Source: a virus
Taxonomy: Duplodnaviria; Caudoviricetes
IMG/VR virus record: IMGVR_UViG_3300011116_001007
Reading direction: 5' to 3' (one strand)
Length of the DNA stretch: 64,000 nt
Each line of letters starts with the position of its first letter. Position 1 is the first letter of the stretch. Positions 35,164-44,166 of the stretch are shown here, piece after piece. The translations under genes and the position numbers were made by a program. The notes under the pieces were generated by a model. That model saw only the letters and a program-made list of their open reading frames with translations, ran no database searches and was not told the origin of the DNA.

Positions 35164-35192
35164 ATTATAGCCGATCTAGCGATTTCGGTCAA
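35164..35192 (-). promoter_or_regulatory. Sigma70-type early promoter
   Basis: TTGACC-17nt-TATAAT. Confidence 0.85.
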
Positions 35193-35266
35193 CCGTTTTG
35201 CCCTCAAAAAACAGCAATTTTATGTGGGTTTTTAACAACAGTTTGTGTGGGATTTTTACAACACAC

Positions 35267-35364
35267 AATATTATCGGAATATTATCGGAATATTATCGGA
35301 ATATTATCGGAATATTATCAGAATATTATCTCAATATTATCTCAATATTATCGGAGATAATATT
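35267..35364. repeat. Tandem array of 8 x 11-bp AATATTATC(GG/AG/TC) plus one inverted copy (iteron-like)
   Basis: Units start at 35267, 35278, 35289, 35300, 35311, 35322, 35333, 35344; inverted AGATAATATT at 35355-35364. Confidence 0.95.
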
Positions 35365-35621
35365 TAGGCTGAGCCATTAGTAAGTAATTCAATTATGATA
35401 TTATCTTTGAATCTAGATAATCTAGTTTGAAATTGATAACAGTTTTCGGTTATCTCAGTTAAATCAGTACTCCACAACATGTTACGACGCAGTAACTCTG
35501 CCCAATTAGATAACTGATCTTTTTCGTACTGAATATCCAAGGCATGGTTTCGTGGTTTTGCAACTTTGTAACGATTCCATTCGTTGAGCAATTCCCTCGC
35601 AGTTGCTTTGGGATCCGTCAT
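35364..35621 (-). CDS. Hypothetical protein
   Basis: ORF with AGGAG RBS. Confidence 0.75.
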   Translation of the reverse strand: MTDPKATARELLNEWNRYKVAKPRNHALDIQYEKDQLSNWAELLRRNMLWSTDLTEITENCYQFQTRLSRFKDNIIIELLTNGSA

Positions 35622-35675
35622 GCCAATCTCCTTGTATTGTAATTATATATCAGTATCAGCTGGCCAGTGCTCATA

Positions 35676-35700
35676 AAAATAGGCCCCGAAGGGCCTATTG
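35676..35700 (-). terminator. Rho-independent terminator after the porin gene
   Basis: ATAGGCCC-CGAA-GGGCCTAT; T-run on minus strand. Confidence 0.85.
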
Positions 35701-35717
35701 CGTTTTGACAAACTAGA

Positions 35718-36626
35718 TTAGAAATTGTATTCTACGCCAGCGCCAAATTGTGTAACATCAGACGCAGAACCTGCTGCGTCAATGTTGCTCCAACGAGCAT
35801 GCAAGGTCAATGCCTTGCTCATGGCATAAGCAGCACCTACTGCTTTGCCAGTGGTACCGTTATTGGTTTCACCGTAGCTGGCCAACAAACTTAATTGTGG
35901 GCTGACTGCTTGATTTACGCCAATGCTTTTGCCTGTGGTGCTGACACCAACAACTTTGTCTTCACTGTACATGCCATAGATGGCAGTCTTGCTTGCGGCC
36001 ACGGTGTATTTTACACCACCGATGGTACTGGTACTGGTGGTACCATTATCATACATTGCCACGGTGGCTGCAAGAGCTCCGTTGCTGTAGTTGATGCTGC
36101 CAGCTTGAACATTAGAAACGTTAGCAGTTTCGCTGTTGCTCAGTTGATAAGTTCCTGTCAGGCCCATTACAGGTGCTGTGGTTACAAAAATAGCATTTTG
36201 CACACGTGAACCTTGTGCGGCATGGATACTGGGTGCAATGGTACCATAGGTATTTTCCATAACATCAAAGTTATCCAATGCACGAGTCACAGCGTGTTTG
36301 TCACGACCCAGGCCCACAGTGCCCAGTTTGTTGCTGAGGTTAAACAAAGTGGTACGGTCGCCCAATGTGGTAGCACCTGGGGCATCAGCACCAACGCCTG
36401 TTTCAACAATGGCAGCGGCTGTGAAGCCATTGCCTACGTCAGCGGTGGCCTTAATTCCAATGCGGCTGGTGTCATTGGTCAAACGGGTTAGTGCATCAGC
36501 AGTGCCCAATTTGTACGATTCTTCGTACACTCGAGCTTTGCCATACACACTGACTTGAGGGGCAGATTGTGCCAAAACGGCCGAAGTGGCTGCTGCCAAG
36601 GCCAATACTGTTACTAATTTCTTCAT
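35718..36626 (-). CDS. Gram-negative trimeric porin (betaproteobacterial type)
   Basis: Signal peptide, VSVYG, SRIGIKA, LGTVGLGR, alternating beta strands, C-terminal GVEYNF. Confidence 0.9.
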   Translation of the reverse strand: MKKLVTVLALAAATSAVLAQSAPQVSVYGKARVYEESYKLGTADALTRLTNDTSRIGIKATADVGNGFTAAAIVETGVGADAPGATTLGDRTTLFNLSNKLGTVGLGRDKHAVTRALDNFDVMENTYGTIAPSIHAAQGSRVQNAIFVTTAPVMGLTGTYQLSNSETANVSNVQAGSINYSNGALAATVAMYDNGTTSTSTIGGVKYTVAASKTAIYGMYSEDKVVGVSTTGKSIGVNQAVSPQLSLLASYGETNNGTTGKAVGAAYAMSKALTLHARWSNIDAAGSASDVTQFGAGVEYNF

Positions 36627-36654
36627 GAAGTCTCCTTAAATTTTGAAGTAGCTA

Positions 36655-36684
36655 ATTGTAGCATGATTGATATCGAAATGTCAA
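36655..36684 (-). promoter_or_regulatory. Sigma70-type promoter of the porin gene
   Basis: TTGACA-18nt-TACAAT. Confidence 0.6.
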
Positions 36685-36768
36685 CTGCCACAGAATAATA
36701 TTTAAGCTCATATGCTCAGACTCCGGTATTTTCCCGGGGTTTTAGGTGTTTATTACATGTATCTGGCT

Positions 36769-38880
36769 CTAGCAATCTGGTTGAACTGGAATTACTGCAG
36801 GTGACGGTGTGATTGGCGGATCTGCTGGTATATGATTGGCTGAAAACAATCCTGCAGATTGATACGAATCTTGATTGCGGGCTTCGCGCATGGAACCGAT
36901 CATGGCTTGCCCCCCTACGATGGTGGTGTCTGCTACATCTTCCAAGAATTCAGCTGCTTGGCCAGAATCTGTTAACGCAGCATAAGATGGCAAGTTTTGC
37001 ACAAATGCCATCACACTTGATTGTTCGCCGGCCAACAGATTAAAATAATCTATGCCGGCGCGAGTCTGAAAGGCTTTTTCTGAACTCAACGAACTGGCAA
37101 TGCTATTCCAGGCAGTGTTCATTGTGGTGGTCTGTGTGGCCCAGGCAGTGACCACCCCATCCAGGGCAGTGTTGGCCAATGGTATTAGAGTTTGTAATGC
37201 TAGGTCGCCACCGTAGTATGGAAATGCATTGGCATAAGTTCCCGAACCAGCACCCACTGGTACTGTCACACTCACCGCAGGATTGCCGTAGGTACTGTTG
37301 CATACATTTTGTATTCGTTGATAAAGATCTAACAATGTGTTGTAACTGGCAGACCCCGATATGGCAGTCAACGCGGTACTGGCAGTATTGAGATATGTAG
37401 CAAGGCCATTGTAATCAATCGCAGTGCCTAGCACATCATTCACAGTGATAGTTCCGTTGGGACCAGTGCCATTGGCTATACTGGTATCAAAGAATGCAGT
37501 CACTGATGCAGGCACCGGAGTAGTCAACGCTGTGATATCAGGCAATCCTGACATGTTGCTCTGCCCACCTAATGTGGTTGGCAACCAATAACTGGTATTG
37601 TTGATATCAATGTCTGCAGGAACATCTTGTTGTGCTCGATAAAACTTTGGGCAACTATCACCATTGGCAACTAAATCGTTGGCCAAATAAGGCTGAGCCG
37701 GATCCCAAGGACGATCAACATATCCTTTTACGGCTTCAGCAAGTGCTGGCAAATCGGTGGCTGCTATGTTGGGTATCTGCTGAAATGCCACTTGTATGGC
37801 CTTGTTGGCCACTGCATCACCCGGCGGTATGATTTTTCCTAATTCATCACACCCCGATGCAGTAGGCAAATAAGAATTGACTATGGGTTGTACTGCAGAA
37901 TTCAAACTGCCATTGGCATTGAACACTGGCACTGGTCCAGTCGGACTGGGAGTTTGTAAAGTGAGATAACTCAGCGGAAATATTTTTTTAGGATCTAACA
38001 AATCACTAAGTGAATTGATATTGGGTGTGGTCACATCCAATATACTCAATATCTGTGCAAGGTCATCGCCTGACACCATGGTCATGGCATTGTATGCTTG
38101 CAGTTGCAACTGATCAAATTCATTGTTGGTAATACCATCAGGGTTGAACAAACCAACACGATTATCGCTCACAAGATTTTGAATGTCAGTAGCAGTCAAC
38201 CCCACTGCGATCAATGCATTTTGTACAGCCGGCACAGTGACATTGGAAATTCTTGCCACGGCACTGATTTGTTGTAGCAGTCCAGCTGGTGTACCATACA
38301 ATTCTAAATTATTCAAATTGGTCAATTGCCCTTGCCTGGCTAGATCTGTTCCAAACCCACTCAGACCTGAATTAACCGTGGCAATGTCAGCCGTGGTCAA
38401 ACTGTCCATGCTGCTGAAGCCAGGACCAAGATACGTCGGAGCATTCACTGCGGTATTGATGTAGCTGTTGGTTGTACTAATAAATGCTTGTACTGCCATA
38501 AACCCTTGTGCGAATCTGCCACTGTCACCATATCCCAGATAGTAATTGGCAGTTTGTGAAACCAACCCAGTTAGTCCTGACGGATTGGCCACCGGAGTCA
38601 ATGTGGTATATGCAGCTGGTATGCTATTGCCCAGTGCGGCACATCCTGTTCCTGTTCCGCGTATGGTTTCTAGACTGGTGAGTGTGGCAGCTGAACACCA
38701 GACAGTGCCTGCTGCATTGTTGATAGCACTGTTGATTGCTGAGATTATACTAAACGAATTGTACTGTGATATTGCAGCAGCCAATGCTGTAGGTAATGTT
38801 TTCAATCCTTGATTGTTTAACAAGGCTGCAGATGCAGTGAGTTGTAACGGAGTTAGAATGCTGGTGGCCATGTTAACCAA
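36769..38880 (-). CDS. Probable virion (baseplate/spike-associated) protein
   Basis: 703 aa, Ala/Thr/Asn-rich, directly downstream of the PAAR gene. Confidence 0.6.
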   Translation of the reverse strand: MVNMATSILTPLQLTASAALLNNQGLKTLPTALAAAISQYNSFSIISAINSAINNAAGTVWCSAATLTSLETIRGTGTGCAALGNSIPAAYTTLTPVANPSGLTGLVSQTANYYLGYGDSGRFAQGFMAVQAFISTTNSYINTAVNAPTYLGPGFSSMDSLTTADIATVNSGLSGFGTDLARQGQLTNLNNLELYGTPAGLLQQISAVARISNVTVPAVQNALIAVGLTATDIQNLVSDNRVGLFNPDGITNNEFDQLQLQAYNAMTMVSGDDLAQILSILDVTTPNINSLSDLLDPKKIFPLSYLTLQTPSPTGPVPVFNANGSLNSAVQPIVNSYLPTASGCDELGKIIPPGDAVANKAIQVAFQQIPNIAATDLPALAEAVKGYVDRPWDPAQPYLANDLVANGDSCPKFYRAQQDVPADIDINNTSYWLPTTLGGQSNMSGLPDITALTTPVPASVTAFFDTSIANGTGPNGTITVNDVLGTAIDYNGLATYLNTASTALTAISGSASYNTLLDLYQRIQNVCNSTYGNPAVSVTVPVGAGSGTYANAFPYYGGDLALQTLIPLANTALDGVVTAWATQTTTMNTAWNSIASSLSSEKAFQTRAGIDYFNLLAGEQSSVMAFVQNLPSYAALTDSGQAAEFLEDVADTTIVGGQAMIGSMREARNQDSYQSAGLFSANHIPADPPITPSPAVIPVQPDC

Positions 38881-39139
38881 TCTTTACATTTTCGCTGCCA
38901 CCAGTTCTAGCATGTCCGCAGGTGTCTGCATTGCCGGTTACATTGATTGGACGACCACCGGCTTTGACACTGCCAACGCCGCCAGCTGTGACAGGGATAT
39001 GCACAGGTTTTGAACTATGAGGGCTAACTGGGCTGCCGTCTACAGATACTGCCTGATTGTTAACTCGCACAGAACTGACTCCACTGGTAATTGTTCCCCC
39101 GGCGGAATCACTATCTCCTACACGCTGTACTGCTGGCAT
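38873..39139 (-). CDS. PAAR-motif spike tip protein (gp5.4-like)
   Basis: MPAVQRVGD...SVRVNN..V..DG..V.PH...G..SV.AGG.P....G..DTCGH. Confidence 0.9.
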   Translation of the reverse strand: MPAVQRVGDSDSAGGTITSGVSSVRVNNQAVSVDGSPVSPHSSKPVHIPVTAGGVGSVKAGGRPINVTGNADTCGHARTGGSENVKIG

Positions 39140-39140
39140 A

Positions 39141-39449
39141 TTATCCTAGTATGATTTTCTTGTCCGGCACTTTGATACCGGTGGTTGCTTCGATGTACTT
39201 CATTTTGACTGGGTCATCGGTCAGTGCATAAAGACTTACGCTGGCAGTATTTAGCCGTAGTTTTTCGTCGGGATCGGCTGTGAACAAACTGGGTACAAGT
39301 CCCATGCCTTGTGGACCAGGCGCCACACTGACTGGGTGCTCAATGCTGATCCAATCATCAGATGATGTGTCTGACACTTTGGCAATGAGTTCTTCTCCTG
39401 AGTTTAATTTAAAGGTATAAACTTGACCTGTACTGACGGATAATTTCAT
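39141..39449 (-). CDS. Conserved T4-like protein, possible Sm-like fold
   Basis: FKLNSGEELIAKV...I.HP..V pattern. Confidence 0.55.
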   Translation of the reverse strand: MKLSVSTGQVYTFKLNSGEELIAKVSDTSSDDWISIEHPVSVAPGPQGMGLVPSLFTADPDEKLRLNTASVSLYALTDDPVKMKYIEATTGIKVPDKKIILG

Positions 39450-39450
39450 T

Positions 39451-40110
39451 TTAAACTTTCTGTATAACGTATTGATAATTTATTACGCCAATGCGAATAT
39501 GTTTTTGAAACATGTTCACAAATGCGTCAATGGACATTTTAGGGTGATCCAATATGTCCGGAGATTCATTCCACAAATAATCGTCGAATATCATATATCC
39601 GTTGCTTTTGAGCAGGCCAAAGGCCATCACAGCGTCAGCTAACACAGCATCTGAACAATGGCTTCCGTCCACATACACTAGATCAAATTCTCTCTGATCC
39701 ACAATTAGTTTTGCCAGGCCATGATAACTCATCACAGGCATGACTTCTACTGTTTGTGTAGGTAACTTGGCAAGATCAGTATTGTGACGATGTATGTCTT
39801 GAATGATGCGTTGCTCAGGTAAGTGATCATGTGTGTAAGCATTCAATGGTGTGTTTCCAAAAGGATCTATACAAGTGATGGTACCGTCGTGTGCCAGCAT
39901 GTTTTGCAGCATCCAGCAGGTACTACGACCTTCGTGGGATCCAATTTCCAATATGGATTTCAATGGTGCTTCCATATGACCCAAAACAAACTCAAAGTTT
40001 ACCACTCCATTTGAGAACCAATCGGCGGTGAAAAAATGTTTGGTGTCAAAGTCAGGAATGTTTTCTTTGAACCAATCTATACTATCAGGTAAGACGTTTT
40101 CTGAGTTCAT
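39451..40110 (-). CDS. Class I SAM-dependent methyltransferase
   Basis: ILEIGSHEGRS, DLVYVDGSH, MIFDDY. Confidence 0.88.
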   Translation of the reverse strand: MNSENVLPDSIDWFKENIPDFDTKHFFTADWFSNGVVNFEFVLGHMEAPLKSILEIGSHEGRSTCWMLQNMLAHDGTITCIDPFGNTPLNAYTHDHLPEQRIIQDIHRHNTDLAKLPTQTVEVMPVMSYHGLAKLIVDQREFDLVYVDGSHCSDAVLADAVMAFGLLKSNGYMIFDDYLWNESPDILDHPKMSIDAFVNMFQKHIRIGVINYQYVIQKV

Positions 40111-40306
40111 TGAACCCTCCTACTAGTTCTTCATCCAAGAAGATCTGTGGCACGGTGCGAGCATTTGGTACTGCTTCTAATAGTTGTTCACGTGTCCAAT
40201 CTTGGCTCACGTTGCGTTCTTCAAATTCAATGTTGCGTGATGCCAACAGTGCTTTGGCTTGATCGCAGTAAGGGCATTGGTCTTTGGACCACACTATTGC
40301 TTTCAT
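40085..40306 (-). CDS. grx: Glutaredoxin
   Basis: CPYC, TVPQIF, GGF; start MKAIVWSK. Confidence 0.93.
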   Translation of the reverse strand: MKAIVWSKDQCPYCDQAKALLASRNIEFEERNVSQDWTREQLLEAVPNARTVPQIFLDEELVGGFNELRKRLT

Positions 40307-40313
40307 ATTTTCC

Positions 40314-41417
40314 TTAAAGGTCGGGTAATTGATCGTAGTCAATGCTGTCACTCATGACTCCAATAACATAGTTAGTTGATTCGTTCTCTTGCAGTGCAGT
40401 TTGTTTCTTGCTGGTGTCCACATGTTTGTTGAACCACGGAATAGGTGTGCTCTTGGGTGCATTGCTTTGATACTTGATACCAATTTCTTTCAATGCTGCC
40501 ACTGCGGTGTAGTCTACAAAGTCTTTGAGCACGGCTGCATTCAATCCAATCACTGGGCCTTTGTTGAACAAGTAGTCGGCCCAGGCTTTTTCTTCGCGGA
40601 TCACATCCATGTACAATTGATAAACTTCGGCTTCGCACTCTTGTTTGATTGCTGCAAAACGATTGTCTTCTTTAATCACCTGATTGATGATATATGCTGT
40701 CCAGCCTTTGTGTAACAGTTCGTCTTGAAGAATCAAGCTGATGATATTGCCATTGCCAATGAAGATCTTGTTTTCAACCATGGCCAAACTGGTGGCAAAT
40801 GATACCATGAATCTGAATGCTTCCAATGCATAGCTGGCATGCAGTGCCATCCAAATAGCTTTGATGTGTGATTCTTCACTCACTGTTTTAGGATTGATTT
40901 CTTTGAAACAATTTAATTCATGTAGTTTGTCATAGTAGTTGCCCACACTCGACGCCATGTCAATGATTTCTTGTGTGTCATGTATGGTGTTGAACACATC
41001 CTTGGGCACATTGTAGATGTTACGGATGATATGACTATAACTCTTACTATGTATATTTGTTTCAAAGAATGTCCAGTTGTAGACTAGTGCTTCTAGCTCA
41101 GGCAAACTGATAACAGGCATGAATACCTGCGTTGGTCCCCGGCCTTGCAAACTGTCCAATGCAGTTTGTCTCAGCAGGTTACTGGTAAAAATATGTTTGA
41201 CTGCATCACTGGCATCTTTAAAATCATTTGCATCTTTACTCAGGCTGATCTCTTCTGGTTGCCAAAAGAATCCCCGTGCTGTTTCTTCAAATTTGGCAAT
41301 CTTGGAATATTTTACTTCTTCAAAACGTTGAATGGTCACTGGACCTGCTGGGTCCAAAAACATCTTGCGATTGAGATAGTCTGTTTTGGTTGTTAAATTG
41401 TATTGTGCTTGACTCAT
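40314..41417 (-). CDS. nrdB: Ribonucleotide reductase class Ia beta subunit
   Basis: FFWQPEEI, ETNIHSKSY, LEAFRF, DELLH. Confidence 0.96.
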   Translation of the reverse strand: MSQAQYNLTTKTDYLNRKMFLDPAGPVTIQRFEEVKYSKIAKFEETARGFFWQPEEISLSKDANDFKDASDAVKHIFTSNLLRQTALDSLQGRGPTQVFMPVISLPELEALVYNWTFFETNIHSKSYSHIIRNIYNVPKDVFNTIHDTQEIIDMASSVGNYYDKLHELNCFKEINPKTVSEESHIKAIWMALHASYALEAFRFMVSFATSLAMVENKIFIGNGNIISLILQDELLHKGWTAYIINQVIKEDNRFAAIKQECEAEVYQLYMDVIREEKAWADYLFNKGPVIGLNAAVLKDFVDYTAVAALKEIGIKYQSNAPKSTPIPWFNKHVDTSKKQTALQENESTNYVIGVMSDSIDYDQLPDL

Positions 41418-43735
41418 AATTTGCATGCCTCGCAATCTTCTTCACTGTCAAAATCTATTGGTTCCAACATAGTGGGTGCTATCTCGTCGGGAGATTTACT
41501 ACCTTGTTTGTTGATCAAACTGTAGTAGAAAGTTTTAAGACCCCAGGCATGTGCTTGCATCAAATTTTTTGCAATCAATGTGATTGGTACTTTACGATCT
41601 GCAAAGTGTGCTGGGTTATAAAAAGTATTTGTGCTGATGCTTTGGTCAACATAGGCTGCCAGTACTGCTGCGGTTTTTAAATAACCATCACAGTCTTTTT
41701 GTTCCCACATCAACTGATACCGGTTCTTTAGTTTGTGATATTCAGGAACCACTTGTGTTAGACTACCAGCTTTGGATTCTTTCACACTGATTAGACTCAT
41801 GGGCATCTCGATACCATTGGTACTGTTGATAACCACACTGCTGCTCTCCACTGGTGCAATGGCCATTTGTGTGGCATTGCGAACACCATGCGTTTTCATG
41901 TTGGTGCGTAGTGTTTCCCAATCCAATTCGGGTGCAAAACTTGTTAATTCGTTAACACCTTCGGCCCGTAGTTCCCAAGGAAACACTCCTTGCCCATATC
42001 GCGTGTGTTCACTGCCTAAACAAGCGCCACGTTCTTGTGCCAGTTCTACTGAGGCTTCTGTGAGATAGAATGCCAAGTGTTCCATCCAAGATTTAACTTC
42101 AGCTAGTGAATCTTTTTCGCCATATTTGAGACCGCGTTTGGCATGCCAGTATGCTAAGTTAGTGACGCCAATGCCTAGAGGACGAATTTCATCGTTGCTT
42201 AGTTTAGACTGGATGGAAAGAAAGTCCTGGTAATCCAGTATATTGTTAAGACTCCGATGTAGAATGCGACAAGCACGGCGCATATCTTCTGGATTACGGA
42301 ATGCTCCCCAGTTGATACTTCCGAGAGTACAGAGAGCGATACGTCCTTCCGGATCGTCAAGTCTCTTAAAAGATTTAGTAGGTAATAGGATTTCACAGCA
42401 TAAGTTACTCTGGTAAATTGTATGATACTCTGGGTCAAACGGACCTTGGTCCATCACATTGTCAATGAACACTAGATATATACGTCCAGTGTCTGTTCGT
42501 TCTTTGAGAATACCACTCTTGAACACTTCCTCAGCAGCCATCGTCTTTTTACGTAGGCCTTTCTGCTTTTCGTATTTAACATACAGTTCTTCAAACAGTG
42601 CAGTGTTTTTATAAAATGCTTCATACAAGTCAGGTACTTCGTTGGGGTCAAAGAATGTTATGTTTTCTTTGTTCTTGAAACGTCTCCAGAAGAAGGCGGA
42701 GAGGACCACTCCATAGTCCATGTGTCGAACGCGGGTCTCTTCTGTACCTTGGTTGTTCTTGAGTACGATAAGATCATCAAACTGATGATGCCAAATAGGA
42801 TAAAACACAGTAGCACTAGCATTGCGAATACCTCCTTGACTACAACTTCTCAAGTCACCGAACCATTTCTTTAAGAAAGGTATCATACCAGTGTGCATGA
42901 TTTCACCACCGCGAATAGGTGATCCTAGTGGACGTAAGCGTCCGATCTCTAGTCCAATGCCAGCACGTTTGCTAGCATACTTTGCCATCATCTCTCCCGA
43001 AGCAAAGATACTGTCCAAATCATCGTCACTGCGAATAAGCACACAACTACTAAATTGCTTGGTTGGAGTTCCCAGGCCAGCCAGCACAGGGGTAGCCAAT
43101 GTAAAAAGACCATCACTGGCAGCATTGTAGTATTCTTTGATGTAGCGCATTCTCGCTGAGTTCGGTTCTTCTTTGTGAAATACAGTAGCGGCCGCAACCA
43201 TATATCGAATTTGTGGAGTTTCATAAGTTTCCTTTGTGGCACGATTTTTGACCAAATATTTTTCAATCAGTTGTTCAATGGCAGCATAACTCAAGGTCTC
43301 GTCTTTGCTATGGTCGATGATATCATGCATGCGATTCCAATCATCCTCTGAATACCATTCCAACAGTTCAGGAGTGTAGAGACCAGTTGCAACATTCTTT
43401 TTCACAATGTCATACAAGTGAGGAGGTTGATAGTTGCCATAAACATCTTTACGCAACATACTGAGTCGTTGTTTGCCTGCCACATACTGATAGTTGGTGT
43501 GTCCCACATCAGGATTTGATTCTACGTCGATCAGATCCACAATGGCTCTGAGCGTGACCCCATCAATTTCTCGTGTGCTTATGCCATCATAAAAATGCAT
43601 TTGGGCTTTGATTTCCACCATGCTTTGACTGACGTCTGCTATGCCTGAACATACTTTGGCTATCTGTGCCTGCCATTTTTCCAATGCCAATGGCTCTCGC
43701 GTGCCATCACGCTTTTGTACTGTTGTAATTTTCAT
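41414..43735 (-). CDS. nrdA: Ribonucleotide reductase class Ia alpha subunit
   Basis: ATP-cone, FSSCV, SNLCCEI, ALCTL, C-terminal CEAC. Confidence 0.97.
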   Translation of the reverse strand: MKITTVQKRDGTREPLALEKWQAQIAKVCSGIADVSQSMVEIKAQMHFYDGISTREIDGVTLRAIVDLIDVESNPDVGHTNYQYVAGKQRLSMLRKDVYGNYQPPHLYDIVKKNVATGLYTPELLEWYSEDDWNRMHDIIDHSKDETLSYAAIEQLIEKYLVKNRATKETYETPQIRYMVAAATVFHKEEPNSARMRYIKEYYNAASDGLFTLATPVLAGLGTPTKQFSSCVLIRSDDDLDSIFASGEMMAKYASKRAGIGLEIGRLRPLGSPIRGGEIMHTGMIPFLKKWFGDLRSCSQGGIRNASATVFYPIWHHQFDDLIVLKNNQGTEETRVRHMDYGVVLSAFFWRRFKNKENITFFDPNEVPDLYEAFYKNTALFEELYVKYEKQKGLRKKTMAAEEVFKSGILKERTDTGRIYLVFIDNVMDQGPFDPEYHTIYQSNLCCEILLPTKSFKRLDDPEGRIALCTLGSINWGAFRNPEDMRRACRILHRSLNNILDYQDFLSIQSKLSNDEIRPLGIGVTNLAYWHAKRGLKYGEKDSLAEVKSWMEHLAFYLTEASVELAQERGACLGSEHTRYGQGVFPWELRAEGVNELTSFAPELDWETLRTNMKTHGVRNATQMAIAPVESSSVVINSTNGIEMPMSLISVKESKAGSLTQVVPEYHKLKNRYQLMWEQKDCDGYLKTAAVLAAYVDQSISTNTFYNPAHFADRKVPITLIAKNLMQAHAWGLKTFYYSLINKQGSKSPDEIAPTMLEPIDFDSEEDCEACKL

Positions 43736-43737
43736 CG

Positions 43738-44166
43738 CTACCTTGTTTGTTGTTGTACTTGTTGTTGAGTCAAGCTGTGCTGGACTTGATACAGTCCTGG
43801 ATCAATATTTAACACTCGAGACTGGTCCCAATTCAATATATATTTCCCATTGGCGATCAGGACTAAATTATCGGTTCCGGTGTCGGTTAACACAGCATCT
43901 TGCAATTCTGGATGATCTATCATAGCTATAGTATACAGTATTCCTAGTCCGCGAGCAACCGGACAATACATATTATCGCTCAATAATTGCCACGGATCAG
44001 GCCAGTCTGACTGGTCATCCCAGTGCAGATGATATGCTGACCAAGGTGCCCGAAACCACCATTGATTGACAGTTTCCGCTGCGGCCTGTGCAGACTGAGA
44101 TTGAACAGTGAGCCTGAGTTGCTGCCAGCTTTCAAGCCGCTGTGCAAAAGTTGAGAACCACATCAA
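43738..44166 (-). CDS. Hypothetical protein (possible papain/transglutaminase-like Cys motif)
   Basis: WPDPWQLLSDNMYC.VARGLGILYT. Confidence 0.6.
   Translation of the reverse strand: MMWFSTFAQRLESWQQLRLTVQSQSAQAAAETVNQWWFRAPWSAYHLHWDDQSDWPDPWQLLSDNMYCPVARGLGILYTIAMIDHPELQDAVLTDTGTDNLVLIANGKYILNWDQSRVLNIDPGLYQVQHSLTQQQVQQQTR

Noticed and set aside
35145-35380. ORFs 35145-35360 and 35198-35380 (ILSEYYRN repeats)
   Set aside because: They are translations of the 11-bp non-coding repeat on the strand opposite the local gene flow, without an RBS.
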